From contig OY970192.1 in the NCBI GenBank assembly GCA_963708135.1, positions 96,001-160,000 of the forward strand: a DNA stretch of 64,000 nucleotides. The letters run 5' to 3'. The DNA is from an uncultured Gemmatimonadales bacterium (GTDB lineage: Bacteria > Gemmatimonadota > Gemmatimonadetes > Longimicrobiales > RSA9). Of this stretch, positions 63,808 through 64,000 are shown one piece after another (the first letter of the stretch is position 1; each line of letters opens with the position of its first letter). Made by a program: the position numbers and the translations under genes. The notes under the pieces are model-generated. The model made no database searches, was not told where the DNA came from, and was given only the letters and a program-made list of their open reading frames with translations.

Positions 63808-64000
63808 CGGGCCGCCAGGCGACGTCTCCCGCCGCGGCCCTCGCCGCGCTCCTCCTCGCGCTCGGCGCCGCCGGCTGCCGGGGCGTCAACATCGGCTGGG
63901 ACGTCGGCCTCGAGCGCATGCTGGCCCAGCCCAGCTACCGCGCCTTCCGCACCGGCGTCTTCTTCGAGGACCGCGCCGTGCTCCAGCCGCCGCCGACCGG
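63804..64000 (+). CDS. actE: Alternative complex III ActE monoheme lipoprotein, N-terminal part (runs off the right edge)
   Basis: GTG start overlapping the actD stop. Lipobox AAGC, then M-x-x-QPSY..FFED..PP. Position matches the act operon order. Heme motif lies beyond the window. Confidence 0.75.
   Translation, partial: MTGRQATSPAAALAALLLALGAAGCRGVNIGWDVGLERMLAQPSYRAFRTGVFFEDRAVLQPPPT

Overview
A very GC-rich bacterial chromosomal segment. The 16S signatures and gene content suggest Gemmatimonadota; this is an inference, not a database result. From left to right it holds: the 5' half of dnaE (minus strand, running off the window edge); otsB, a CDF transporter, yjbQ and typA; a small Asp/Glu/Trp-rich ORF with its own promoter; and a 16S rRNA-tRNA-Ile(GAT) unit that ends in a hairpin with no 23S or 5S gene anywhere in the window. 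Next come a peptidase/amidohydrolase block, a second identical tRNA-Ile, an S9 peptidase, an IorAB-type molybdoenzyme, a binding protein/kinase/sigma54-activator/TPR module with visible enhancer palindromes, a tandem cupredoxin-like protein, and OPT, M20 and DUF819 genes. The most interesting element is an 8-gene minus-strand sulfur operon (39.9-48.4 kb). It couples a Tat-less Psr/Arr-family molybdoenzyme and a fused ferredoxin-NrfD subunit to DsrE, TusA, a split CstB-like persulfide dioxygenase/rhodanese pair and TauE. The window ends with a TPP enzyme/FAD-FeS oxidoreductase/DUF296 operon divergent from an alternative complex III operon (actABCDE), whose actB carries a one-base frameshift. 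No integrase, transposase or CRISPR array was seen. Many start codons were refined by eye from RBS and gene-overlap evidence.
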